DNA of 63,112 nt, counting the filler, from Dugesia japonica (taxonomy: Eukaryota): the NCBI GenBank assembly GCA_001938525.1. It is 5 parts of 5 records of this genome, joined end to end, with 100 filler letters (N's around TTAATTAATTAA, not from the genome) between each part and the next. Parts side by side here need not be neighbours in the genome. Positions count along the whole stretch, not along the records: positions 1 to 10,705 come from MQRL01618167.1; positions 10,806 to 23,820 come from MQRL01600624.1; 3 more parts are not named here. One strand, given 5' to 3'. The notes under the pieces are model-generated. The model did no database searches, was not told where the DNA came from, and saw nothing but the letters and a program-made list of their open reading frames with translations. A program made the position numbers and the translations under genes. How positions within the stretch are numbered: the stretch's first letter is position 1; each line of letters starts with the position of its first letter. This document shows positions 1 through 11,929 of the stretch, piece by piece.

Positions 1-257
1 AAAATATAAATTTAAAAATAGTTAAATTCATAATAAATATTTATTACACTCATTTTACGATTTCCAATTAACATTACATATAAAACAAATAATTACTATG
101 TGGTTTTTGACAATAATCAAAATGAGTTCTGCAACGTAGGTATAGTGGTGCAATAGCAGATCCGTGGCACTTCCAATAAGTCAGTGATCAAAATAGTTTG
201 TGAGCTTGAGGAGTTTTATTTGAGTGATTTCTAACACTTTCTTCTTCTTAGTGGTAG

Positions 258-1018
258 CTTGGTTGCAACAACGATAGTTGGGATTGAAAATACTATTCCT
301 GATTCCTCGAAAATCTAAATTATCAGAGCTTGCCACTTGGTAAAATAAGTCTTGGTGCAAGTGTTCTTTTCGCAACTGGTAGAANNNNNNNNNNNNNNNN
401 NNNNNNNTTTCACAACTTGACGAAATCAAAATCTTTTTTGTCGTGTTCACAACTTGATAAGTTTAAAAAATTCTTTGTAATGGTTCTCCACTTGATAAAA
501 TAAAAAATTTTGTAGCGTATCACACTTGATAAAATGAAGTTTTTTGCGAATAATCACTTGAAAATCGAAGGTCCTTATATATGGTTTTCTGGACACCCCA
601 ACTACGTTCAGATTTGCTGGTATTTTTAGGCCAGCTCTTTTCNNNNNNNNNNNNNNNNNNNNNNNNNNNNNNNNNNNNNNNNNNNNNNNNNNAATTATCA
701 GAGCTTGCCACTTGGTAAAATAAGTCTTGGTGCAAGTGTTCTTTTCGCAACTGGTAGAAATAATTTCTTTCTGAGTTATCCTTTTCACAACTTGACGAAA
801 TCAAAATCTTTTTTGTCGTGTTCACAACTTGATAAGTTTAAAAAATTCTTTGTAATGTTTCTCAACTTGATAAAATAAAAACTTTTGTAGCGTATCACAC
901 TTGATAAAATGAAATTTTTTTGCGAATAATCACTTGAAAATCGGAGGTCCTTATATATGGTTTTCTGGACACCCCAACTACGTTCAGATTTGCTGGTATT
1001 TTTAGGCCAGCTCTTTTC
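258..1018. repeat. Tandem duplication (~378-bp period) spanning N gaps
   Basis: 408-642 matches 786-1018 and 258-383 matches 693-756 with a few substitutions; could be a real tandem copy or co-assembled haplotypes. Confidence 0.75.
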
Positions 1019-1580
1019 CAATTTTATTGGTGCTAGCACCGATTTTCTGAATTTTTCTGTAAATTTTGGTGCCATGATTGGCAACTATTTTTAGAGCAGC
1101 ACCTGACTTCGGTATCTTTGTCTTATTTTTATTTTCTGGCTGCTCATTGGCTAGATTTTAGAATCCTTACCATACTCCTCTGGAAGGTGGTACGTTTTTC
1201 CTTTTTTGGATTCAAGTTGCACCCGCTTCTTTTCTTTTCAGTTTTTCTTATCCGAACTTTTTCTGGCGCCTTGGGCCGGAGTTATCGGTAAAAAACATAT
1301 TTTTATCTAATTTTTTGTTTATTTTTGTTTGAAAATTAATTAATTTTTTTTTGCGTTAATTAATTATTTTCTATATTAAGTTTTCTTGTTAATTCTTTTC
1401 ATTTATTAAATTTTTTTTTCTTAATTGCTAATCGTAACCGTTTCCATTTCTTCATAACCTTTTTTTGGATTTGATTTCATTTCTTATTATGGTTGCCTCT
1501 TGGCTTTAGTTTCCATCATGGTTGCTTCAAAAGTTCAATGAGGATTTATTTTCCGCCTTAGTGGGTGTTTCACCCCAACA
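258..1580 (-). mobile_element. Truncated 5' end of giant LTR-like family X (copy 1)
   Basis: Minus strand starts TGTTGGGGTGAAACACCCAC at 1580; ~950-1300 is homologous to 14325-14660 (PIMAPKFTEKFRKS vs PIVAPKFRENFRKS; shared aaaacgtaccaccttccaga). Inner boundary is approximate. Confidence 0.7.
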
Positions 1581-1959
1581 GTTATATAAATATAAACTAA
1601 AATTCAACAACCATCAATCATTAACACCAGAAAATAATAATTACTTTAGTGGTAAATGGGAGGAATACTGCAATGGTAGAGATTGACAATTATTGAATTC
1701 GTTTCCTGAATCGTGGGTAACCGTAGAACGCTTTTTCTTTGATTCGATGATTTTCGTGGCCGATGCGCGATAATCAATATGTTCACTTACGGATTCCGGG
1801 TACTAGTTAATGGATAAGAATTCTATAATAATTGTAGTTGTGTTGATAACAATTAATGATTACCAGTTCTTTTACTAAGTTTTCTTTTGATAAACACAGA
1901 TATTATTAACTTGAGATAACTGAAAATTTGCTGTTTTTTTGTTGTTGAAATTTTGCTAA

Positions 1960-2579
1960 AACTGGGGGTTCTTATATACGATTCCTGAAATACCCCAACT
2001 TGTCTGACATTGGCCATTTATTTTTAATTCTAATTAATGGAATTTGATTGGGTTTGGTGCCATGATTCCAAAATTTTTCAGAGTTTTAGAACTCTGATTG
2101 GCAACTATTTTTAGTGAACCATGTGATGGTTTTTTCTTTGTCTTATTTTTATTTTCAGGAATACGATTGGCCCGATCTTGTGGACCCTATATCAACCCTC
2201 TGGTNGATGGTAAGTTTTTCTTGCTGCCAAATCTTATTGCCCGTGGTTATTACCTTCTTGAATTTTCTTTATCGGACTCTCTCCGACTTCCCTGACCGAA
2301 GTTATCTGTAAAAAAAGATTTTTATCTAATTTTGTTTATTTTCCGTTTTAAAATTAATTAATTTTTTGGCAGTAATTAATTATTTTTCTTGTTATTTCTC
2401 TTCTGTTATTAATTTTTTCTTAATTTCTCCTCCTGACAGCTTCCATTTTTTCTTAACCTTTTCCAATTTAATTTCATTTTTTTTCAGTTGTTGTTTCTGA
2501 GCTTTAATTTCTATCATGATTGATCCGCAAAGGTCCAATGATGAGTTATTTCTCCTTTAGTGGGTGTTTCACCCCAACA
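1960..2579 (-). mobile_element. Truncated 5' end of giant LTR-like family X (copy 2)
   Basis: Same TGTTGGGGTGAAACACCCAC terminus at 2579; collinear similarity to 950-1580. Confidence 0.7.
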
Positions 2580-2619
2580 AAATTCTAAACTCACATCGTA
2601 AATTGGAGTTAGATAATAA

Positions 2620-3175
2620 TATTATTGGAATGAAAATAATAATAATAATGATGCAAGTGATTTATTTTATCCATTAAAAACGAATTCAGCACGATTGAGG
2701 TTGATAAATAATATGAAACAAAACGACAATTATTTGTGTGATGATAGAAATAACAAATATTATTTTAAATATGGAGATGATGATAATTCAACATTTGATT
2801 GAAGAAATAATTTGTCAAATATGAAAACATTTGACAATACAAATCAGATTGAGATGGCATCTTAATTTCGAGTAAAGAATTTAACCGATTTAGCTGGAGT
2901 CGATATGATGAGTATTGTTGAAAGACACTGAAATGAAAGATTAAATAAAAATATCGTAGAAGATTCTCATCATGATTATATGAAATTAGGGAAATATTCA
3001 ATCGATATCAGTGACAAGAATGAAAATAATTTCATCGATTTGATAAATATTTCTGATGAAAATTATTATTAAAATTATCAAACAGTTGGAGATAAAAAGA
3101 ATTTGAATGCTAATGAAAAATATTCAACCTCAAATTTGAATAATAATTATTCACAAATTGATATCCAATAATATT
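2620..3175 (+). pseudogene. Decayed copy of the Asn-rich coiled-coil gene family
   Basis: 2970-3070 matches 9650-9745 and 3106-3162 matches 5938-5993; contains in-frame stops. Confidence 0.6.
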
Positions 3176-3229
3176 TATGTAAAAGGATTAAGAGAGGCTA
3201 TTTTTTCAAGTGGTTTTAGTTGGGTAAAT

Positions 3230-4130
3230 TTTTAGGCTTTTTAAGCGGCAATATTTTCTAGACATTTTAGTAGGGAATTTACTCGGTGAGGTCATATGAG
3301 ATCGATTTTTGATTGGTTCCGGTGAGTTCGGTTGACAATTTGCTCGGTGAGGTTGAATGAGGTCAATTTTTGACTAGTTCAGGTGAATTTTGTCCAATAT
3401 TTCCTCGGGATTACTTGGTATGGGCAATTTTTTGGTGAATTGATCGAATTTTTCCTCAGGATTTAAAAGTTTGGGTAATTTTGAACGATTTGGTCAATTT
3501 TTGGTCAGTTCAAGTAATTTTTTGGCGTTTTGGTCAATTATTTCCTCGGGAATAGTCAATTTGAAGAAATTTTGGTTGATTTGGTCCAATATTTCCTCAA
3601 GATTGGTCTTTTTGGGTAAGTTTTGAACAATTTGGTCAATTATTTACTCGGTTTAGATAATATTGGTCAAATTTTTCATTGGTAAGGTCGAATCTGGGCA
3701 AATATGACCGGTTTTAGGTTAATTTGGTAAAATCTTTCCTCAGGATTTGTTAATTTTGGTAATTTTTGGGTGATTCAGTCGAATGTTTCGTTGATCTGGT
3801 TAAATTTGGTTCTTTTTTTGGCGATTTTAACAATTATTTACTCGATTTAGTAAATGTTGGTCAATTATTTACTCGGTATGGACCAACTTGTATAATTTTT
3901 TATCACAAGGGTAATTTTAATGTGAATTCGATCAATTATTTCCTTGAGAATGGTTAATTTGGGTCAGTTTTGGACAATTTGTTCAATTATTTACCCAATT
4001 TAGGTAATATTGGTAAATTATTTTCGTTCGGTCGTAAGGTTTGGATGGTTTTTGGCTGGTCATCAATTTTTTACTTACAAGGGACAGTTTTAGGTGAATT
4101 TGAGTAATCATTTTCTTGAGTTTGGTCAGC
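3230..4130. repeat. Degenerate G/T-skewed minisatellite array
   Basis: Recurring TTGGTCAATTATTT(C/A)CTCGG-like units at roughly 40-bp spacing. Confidence 0.7.
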
Positions 4131-5688
4131 TTGGGCTGAATTTTTAAAAAATTCATAATAAAAGTCGAATTTGTTTAAATTTTCAAGTTTTTTTAAAAAA
4201 CAATTTATGGGAATGTTTTATAGGAATCAGGGCAAACCTGATATGAAAATTTAGAATTTTTGAAATGAAATTTTTATGGGAGTCTGGTTGAACATTCTCA
4301 ATCTTTGAAAAAAAATTTTCTATATCTCAATTTTCAAAGATTTTTTGTACCAAACTACTGAGAATTTTACGGCGATCATTTTTCATAAATGAAAATTTTT
4401 TGAAAATATCTTCCTTCTCAGATAGGTCAACAAAGTGTTTATTCGATAGAATATTTCGCTAATTTCAAACATGTTAACGTAAAATCTCCAAAGTTAATAC
4501 TCGATGTAATAAATAGGGTTTTGTGGTAAAAAATCTCAAATTTTGTATTTTTGTACTCAATTTTCACTGTGTGTATAACTCGTATGATTTCAAATTTTGT
4601 ATTATTTTATTCAGGAGAAAATATGATCTTAGAAAAATTCTTCCTAACGAATATGTACAGCCGTCCTCCCGGATTTTGGTAATAATTTTCGAAAATATCG
4701 AAATTGATACTATACGATTGCTTATATAGTAAATAACAATTCGGTTGGTACTCTTAAAGTAAAACACCATTGTTTTAAAAAATACATAAAAAAAATTAAC
4801 AATAAAATTTAATATTTAAAACTTAATAGTACTAATATTTTCATGTATTAAAAACTATTTAAATTAATTTTGTTTACTATTTTTAGATTAATGTTAATAT
4901 ATTTCCAATATAAAATTTAACACGGCATTAATTGATTTCAATGTCTTTTATATGGAATAATTAAATCCAAATAATTTAATTTGAAAATTTCATTTCAAAT
5001 TTTATTAATTAAAATTTTTAGTTAGTGCAATATTATATCAAGACAATTTTTTATATTTTTAACTTTCATATACAAACTTTCTGGAAAATCGTAACAACTA
5101 TTTAAGAGAAATTCAAGATCAGAAAATATATACGATCTCAGCGAATGATAATAAAAAATCTCAAAACTGTTATTAAAAAAATTGTTTGAATATTTGTAAC
5201 TAAGATATTTAAATTATTACTGTAAAATTATCTTTTCATTTTTAAAATTATAACTAAGTAATAAAGTTTATAATATAAATGTTCTGATAATAATATTTTT
5301 TATTAATGAACTATGTATTTTCTAAATATTTATTGAATAATTAGTCAAGTTACTATTGACAACCAAGTTAATTTCCTTTAATTAATTATTTACTTATAAT
5401 TAAATTAGATTTTTTATGTTATAAAAATAAGCCACTAAATTAAATTTGAATTATTTTTAAATGCGATTCAATTTGTTCCTTTTACATTTCAGATAATTTG
5501 ACAACATCATTTCGTAAAACTATTTTACGTTTTAAGAAATATATGATATGCGATCATAATAATTTGAATAAGCATATTAAAATCTGTAAAAAATTTTTTT
5601 TTATAAATATAATTTACAAAAAGTTTTTTCAGAATTGATTTATCTACTTAGTTAATTATTGAAAAAGTAGAAACAGAAAAATAATCTA

Positions 5689-6606
5689 ATGTTTAGTAAT
5701 GAGCCTGGCAGTAATCTCACAAAAGGTAGTGAAACCAAGAAATGTCAATCAGAAAATGAAAACGTGAAACAGAATAATTATGATAATGAAGAACAAATTA
5801 ATAATTTAGAATCAGAAATATCAACTTTATCTCGAGGACAGAGTTCATCTTATACAGATGATTCTCGTATCACGAGTTTCCGTGATATACAAACAAATTA
5901 TACAAATTATCCAACAAGTTATGATAATAAGACTTCTAATGCTTATGAAAAATATTCTAGTTCTAATTTGAAGAATAATTATTCACAAATTGATAATCAA
6001 TTATATTCAAATAGAAATTATAATAACGATTTATCGAAATATAAAAATAATTATTCAATCAATAAATGTGAAAATTGTCAAAAGTTGATCTTACAAAATG
6101 ATAATGCTCAATCAGAAATTAGAAAATTGAAACTGGATATTGATAAATTGAATAAACAAAATGAATCAACAATGACAAAATTCAATAAAGAAATGAAAAA
6201 ATTTGAAACAGAAATGAACAAGTACAAATCAGAAATTAATGAAAATAAATCAGAAAAAATAGAATTGAAATCTAAAATCGATCAATTAACATCAAAAAAT
6301 AGTAATTTTCTGTCCCCATATGATCAATTATTTTACTCAAATAACAATTTGCACAGTGAATATGAAAATACTAAACTGAAAATGAACAAAGCTGAACAAG
6401 AAATTAAAAAATATATATCAGAAATTGAAAACGTGAAACAGAACAATAATGATAATGAAGAACTAGAAAAACAAATTAATAATTTAGAATCAGAAAATAA
6501 TTCGATATTTGATTCGTTTTATTCTGGAACATCAAGATTGCCAAATAATAAAAATAATTCAGGAATGAGCTACGGAAATTCTAAATCTAAATATAAGAAA
6601 AAGTAG
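5689..6606 (+). CDS. Asn/Lys/Glu-rich coiled-coil protein with CxxC (NKCENCQK); unknown function
   Basis: 305-aa open frame in very AT-rich DNA with heptad-like composition; paralogous segments at 9397-10705 and 2620-3175. Confidence 0.6.
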   Translation: MFSNEPGSNLTKGSETKKCQSENENVKQNNYDNEEQINNLESEISTLSRGQSSSYTDDSRITSFRDIQTNYTNYPTSYDNKTSNAYEKYSSSNLKNNYSQIDNQLYSNRNYNNDLSKYKNNYSINKCENCQKLILQNDNAQSEIRKLKLDIDKLNKQNESTMTKFNKEMKKFETEMNKYKSEINENKSEKIELKSKIDQLTSKNSNFLSPYDQLFYSNNNLHSEYENTKLKMNKAEQEIKKYISEIENVKQNNNDNEELEKQINNLESENNSIFDSFYSGTSRLPNNKNNSGMSYGNSKSKYKKK

Positions 6607-7610
6607 TGAAAAAATTTCAATCCAAATATGCCTTGTTGTATGGTGATCCTTATATGACTTAATATGTATTATAGATATATTAATATTATATAAATATATT
6701 ATAAAGTCGATATTATTCAATTAAACACAAATATTTCCTTTGAAAATTTATATTAGTATAACAAATTAAACTCAATTACAAATTCAATTTAACAAGGTAG
6801 TATTTTGACTCTCAGATGTTCAATAACAAAAATTGAAAACTATTTTACGAGTTTTTTTAAGGGCGAAAATACATAAATAAGCAATAGTATTTATACTCTA
6901 TTGCTACCAATTACATATGTACATATAAATTGATTCAGCAAAACAAATAAACTTTATAATTAATTTTTTTCGATATTCATTTTTTAAATAAAATATTCCG
7001 ATAAAATTAAATATTTAAATTTTTTATTATTACAGTTTTAGCTTTTATAATTATTAAATCTGATATGAAAATTTAATAATTTACCAAATTTTCAGTTTGT
7101 TTATCTGGGCTAATTAACTAATTAAATAATTCACAATAAGTTAAATTATATAATAAATTAACAAAATAAAATATTAATTAAAAGTTTTATGATAGTACAG
7201 ATTATGTACTAAATTTGAATAAAGTTATAATATTATAAAATTATATATTATTATAAATATGAATATTATTTTACAATGGAGATTAAAATTTTTCCAGTAA
7301 TTTATATACCAAAATTAATAAAATGATCATAAAAATAGCAATACAATTAGCATTAAAAAAATGTTATAATAAAGATGTTAATTTAGATTAGATCATAATA
7401 CAGAAAAACGTCATTTGAATTTTAATTGTATTTTGATCGAATTATTAAATTATCGTCTACAGAAACTTGTTTCCTGGACAAAATTGATTAATTGAAAATC
7501 AATGTTACTTCACAGGATTGTTGTCAAGTTTATATTGTTATTTTTGTCTTGTGAATGCTGTGTTTGGTTAATTAGTTACATTATTAGTTACAATGTTGCT
7601 ATAAACTATA

Positions 7611-7643
7611 GTTCCTGAAGAAGGCATAGTCGAAATATTGAAC
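7611..7643 (+). ncRNA. Minimal type I hammerhead ribozyme motif (Penelope-associated type)
   Basis: GTTC-CTGAAGA-A-GGC-ATA-GTC-GAAA-TATT-GAAC: helix I GTTC/GAAC, CUGAnGA core, stem II GGC/GUC, GAAA, palindromic ATAT in place of helix III, NUH site AUU. Confidence 0.7.
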
Positions 7644-7954
7644 CATCTATGAAAATAGAAAAATATCGATTTGATTTTTCTAATTGAAAATAAGTTTCAA
7701 TTATCGAAATTTGTTTTTCAAAATATTTGTTTAATATAATAATCAATAGAAAAGGTTATTTTTAGAAAATAAATTTTGAAATCAAAATTGAAAAATTTAA
7801 ATTTTTAAAAATATTTTATTTTGATTTAAACTAAGATATTCATTTCTAGTTTAAGTACAGTTAATAAATTTTATGTATTCCAATTCAAGTTTAACAAATA
7901 ACTTTAACGAACGTTTTATAAAACAAATAGAAAAATAAATTTCAAATACAAGTA

Positions 7955-9360
7955 GGTAAATAGTGGCTCATGAGACCACTCACCCTCCGTCGGCAAACTG
8001 GGCTTAACTGTGACCTGGAATCAAATATACTGGGCTGAAAATTGGCCTGGTTTAAATATATAATGCTTTGAGACGCCGGGATCTTAGTTGATCGATCGAA
8101 TTTACATCCGGTTGAATCAATTGTGGGTCGTATTAACGACTTCGGAGAGCGACAAAGATATCGGGCGTGAACCGGCCCAGATCGCACGCTAGTAATTTTT
8201 TTCTCCTATCAACCGACCACTCCTCCCCCCGCTCCTGTGATACAGGCGTTTATCGCTAATCTTCTCTGGGGAGTCCGGGATCCGGATGGGGTGACGGATA
8301 TCGAGAACACGGCCCTTAATACTGACACAACTAATAATCAGTCCTAGTTTTGGTTGTTTTACCTAGAAATAAAATAAGTGTTTTCATCTTCAGTTATTTG
8401 TTGACTCTGCCTGTGAAACTATGTATTAGGAAGTTAATTAAAATTTTTTTTAATTTATTTTCGTGTAAAATTATGATAATACTCGTAACCAGATGTTTCC
8501 TTGTCAACTTTCATTTAATAATATGAGTGACCATGCTAATTCTATGTTTCTTATCTTAGATAATATCGGGCACAATGCAATCTTTTAAATATACTTTTAT
8601 TTTAGTGCATTCCTCATTAAACTGGTCCCTTGCCCCGACTAAGAAAGTTTCGGAAGATAGTGACGAAAAGGAAATGACCTAGGATCTGTATAAACTAGCA
8701 AAGAGGCGATGGGAGGCGGAGATCTCGACGGCCGAAGCCAAAGTAAAACGCTATAAGCGAAAATGTCTAATGTTTAAAGCGGAGATGGATGCCACCAAGA
8801 ATCAGGAGAGGGTGTGGAAGGCCCAAGTTGACAGCTTCGCCACAATTATTAAAACTTACCAGGAACGTGAAAATCAACTCGCCGAGAATATATTGAAGTT
8901 ACGGGCCACGATGCCTCTACAACCCCTCTTGATTGATAAAGGTACTCAAACCAATCGCTCCTGAGTGATCTCTGTTGTTGTGTTGCTGTTAATAAATCTC
9001 TTTATTTGTATCTTTTCGCTTTTACTTCTCCACTTTTGAACTGGGTTATTGTCAATTTAACTTTACTTTTGATTTAGTGCCACGAATTATTTTTCCCACA
9101 AGCCTGCGACGATGCCACCGGATAATGCGGCGCCTACTGGTAGAGAGGCATTTGAAACGAAAAACAAACCAAGCCCTATTGCGACACCTGGAGCAACGAA
9201 AGAAACTAATAAAGAAACTGGACGCAATAGTCAAGAAGCAGAACGACCTTGCAGTCCAAGTGAAGGCCCTAGAAGTCGAAAATAAACAATTATTAACAAG
9301 AAAAATTGAGTTCTTAAAACAATACATTGCGGATTTGTCGCGACAAATAGGCAACCCAAA
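7955..9360 (+). mobile_element. Internal fragment of a diverged family-X element (three-exon cassette, decayed)
   Basis: GC-richer island; ERQRYRA*TGPDR aligns with ERQAFYQWFGPNR (ORF 16899-17207); 8606-8964 and 9078-9360 are homologous to 17625-17979 and 18113-18495. Confidence 0.8.
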
Positions 9361-9370
9361 TTTAATTTAG
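9078..9370 (+). CDS. Element-borne basic coiled-coil (bZIP-like) exon, family X ORF3
   Basis: Starts at a tttag|TG acceptor; about three-quarters amino-acid identity to 18113-18495 by eye, with many synonymous differences. Confidence 0.55.
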
Positions 9371-9396
9371 TTAATAATGTTGGTAGAAAGAACTCA

Positions 9397-10705
9397 ATGT
9401 ATCGTCTCGATAGACCAAAAGTAATAAGAAGTAATAATAACGATACAAAAGATTCGTTTTATTCTGGAACATCAAGATTGGGAAATAATATGAAACAACC
9501 TGATAATTATTATAGTAATAACAAAGATATCAAATATAATCGAAGCGACAAAATCTATGATAATTCCATATTTGATTCATCAAGAAATATTGTTGAAAAA
9601 CAAAGAAATGAAATATTAAATACAAATTTCGTAGATTATTCTCATTGTGATGATATGAAAATAGGGAATCATCCAATCAATATCAGTGATAAGAATAGAA
9701 ATACTTTTATTGATTTGATAAATATTTCGGATGAAAATCATTATAGATCTAATTTGAATAAAAATAATTCAAAAATTGATAATCAATCAAATTTATGCAA
9801 ATATAATAATAATAATAATAATAATTATCCAATCAATAAATGTGTAAATTGTCAAAAGTGGATTTTACAAAATATTAATGCTCAATCAGAAATTGATAAT
9901 TTGAATAATCAATACAAATCGGAAATTAATATTTGTATTTGAATATTATCCGATTAAATAAAGATTATGAACCACAAATTAGGGAATACAAAACAGTAGT
10001 TGACAATTACAAATCAGAAATTGATGGAAATAAATCAGAAAATAACAAATTGAAATCAAATAATAAATTTTTATCAAATGAACTAGACAAACTGAGTAAA
10101 AACATTTGAGATTTGAAATTAGAAAATAAATCTTTGCGTAATTTGAAAATTGAAAAAGAAACTCTAAAATTGCAAATCAAGAAATATGAATCAGAAATAA
10201 AGAATTTAAACACACAAATCAATAATTTAGAATCAGAAAATAATAAAATTTTGAATAATTTGAAAATTGAAAATGAAAATCTATTATCGCAAATTAGTAA
10301 AAATGAATCAGAAATAAAGAAATTAGAAACGAAAATCAAAAAGTGTGATCTTGATAAAGAAAATAAAAATAATAATTGTCAAATCAACAGATATAAATCA
10401 GTTATAAATAAATTCACACCAGAAAAAGAAGGAACAAGATGTAGAACTGCTGAATCGAATAAACACAGTAATAATTTGTTTAATCAATACGAAAATGAAG
10501 AAATTAATAATTTAGAAAATAATAAAATTTTGAATAATTTGAAAATTGAAAATGAAAATCTAAAATTACAAATTAGTAAAAATGAATCAGAAAAAGAAAA
10601 ACTGCAAAGCGAAATCGATCAATTAAAATCAAATAATGAAAATCTGCAGTCCAAACTTGATGATTTGTATAAATCAAAAAATCAATTATTTGGCAAATAT
10701 GAAAA
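9397..10705 (+). pseudogene. Second copy of the Asn-rich coiled-coil gene (interrupted, runs into contig end)
   Basis: ORFs 9397-9942 and 10113 onward share DSFYSGTSRL, NKCxNCQK and QINNLESENN with 5689-6606; in-frame TGA at 10107. Confidence 0.55.
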
Positions 10706-10805
10706 NNNNNNNNNNNNNNNNNNNNNNNNNNNNNNNNNNNNNNNNNNNNTTAATTAATTAANNNNNNNNNNNNNNNNNNNNNNNNNNNNNNNNNNNNNNN
10801 NNNNN
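10706..10805. other. Artificial contig-joining spacer (N44-TTAATTAATTAA-N44)
   Basis: Exactly 44 N + TTAATTAATTAA (stops in all six frames) + 44 N; an identical structure recurs three more times. Confidence 0.97.
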
Positions 10806-11487
10806 AAAAAATAGTTTTTTATTTGAAAGAAGCGAGCAATAAATAGAAATTTTATTTCTTTAAAAGAAAAAAACTAAAATGTTGGATCACTTTAAAAAAG
10901 GAGTTGTTGCACAGTCTGATTTTAAATTATTATTCTTAATTTTTATTATTACCGTATTTTCCGAATTAAAAGGCGCGGGTAAAAACTTCTTTAGAGATAT
11001 TGGAAACTGACTATTTTTTTTACCACTTTTTAAAGTATTATTAAGATAAAAGCTTCAAAGTAATCAAAGAATCAATTATAAATGTTTAAAAAGCTGTCAA
11101 ATGTGTAAAAAATTTTAATTTATGTAAGGAGCAATTAAGGAGCATTGATTATCTCAAAAAAATCGGGTAGAGAGGGTTTGAAAACTCTGAAAATTATTGA
11201 CAAAGACTTTTTAATATAAATTTATTTGTGGGGAGGGGTAAACTTTTGTTGGCACGGAGGTTAAAAATTACTTGAGAAGTATTGACATAATTAATGGAAA
11301 GTTAGAAACCTGTAACTAAGAAAAATTATAAATAACAATAACTACTTGAATTTGTAGATAATTTATTTTGGAGTACGTTTTAAAGCCAAGTCGAAAATTA
11401 AATTTACAGAATATAGTTAAAAAATATTTTGAATAAAAATTATTAATAAATTATAGAAAAATTTCTAATCAGTAATATATAAGCTTA

Positions 11488-11929
11488 CATATCATTGACA
11501 ACGATTTTCTTTTCATCGATTATATCTAATAAACCAGATTATCATAATTACCAAGTTACTTTATTTACTTATATTACCAACTTCCATTTTTATAGAATTA
11601 CTTATCTTCTGATTATTTGTACTAATGTATTTATTTTCCTTTTGCTCATAAATAGATGGTTTATTTAGATTATTTTTAATCTTTCCAAAATCATAACCAA
11701 GTGGTAATTTACATTTAGGAACAACACCGTGCATCTTATCAAAAGCGTCACCAGCTTTACATAAGTCTCTAAGTAAATCCGTCGACATTTCCATCATGCT
11801 ATTAACATACATACATTCCGGATCATCTTTTGGCAGCTATTGTTGAAAGGTAATCACAAACTGACTTTTAAAATCTTCAAATTAACTTACTTTATTTACA
11901 AGTTTCGATTTTTCAAAGTTTTTATTCAT
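11488..11929 (-). CDS. Small spliced gene, hypothetical protein (MNKNFEKSKLVNK|LPKDDPECMYVNSMMEMSTDLLRDLCKAGDAF...)
   Basis: ATG at 11929; canonical GTAAGT...AATAG 54-nt intron (11890-11837) joins in frame to ORF 11561-11812; further GT-AG introns at ~11577-11526 and from ~11487. The 3' end is uncertain. Confidence 0.55.

Noticed and set aside
10750-10761. Recurrent palindrome TTAATTAATTAA between N runs as a biological motif
   Set aside because: Exact 100-nt artificial spacer; neighbourhood across these points has no biological meaning.
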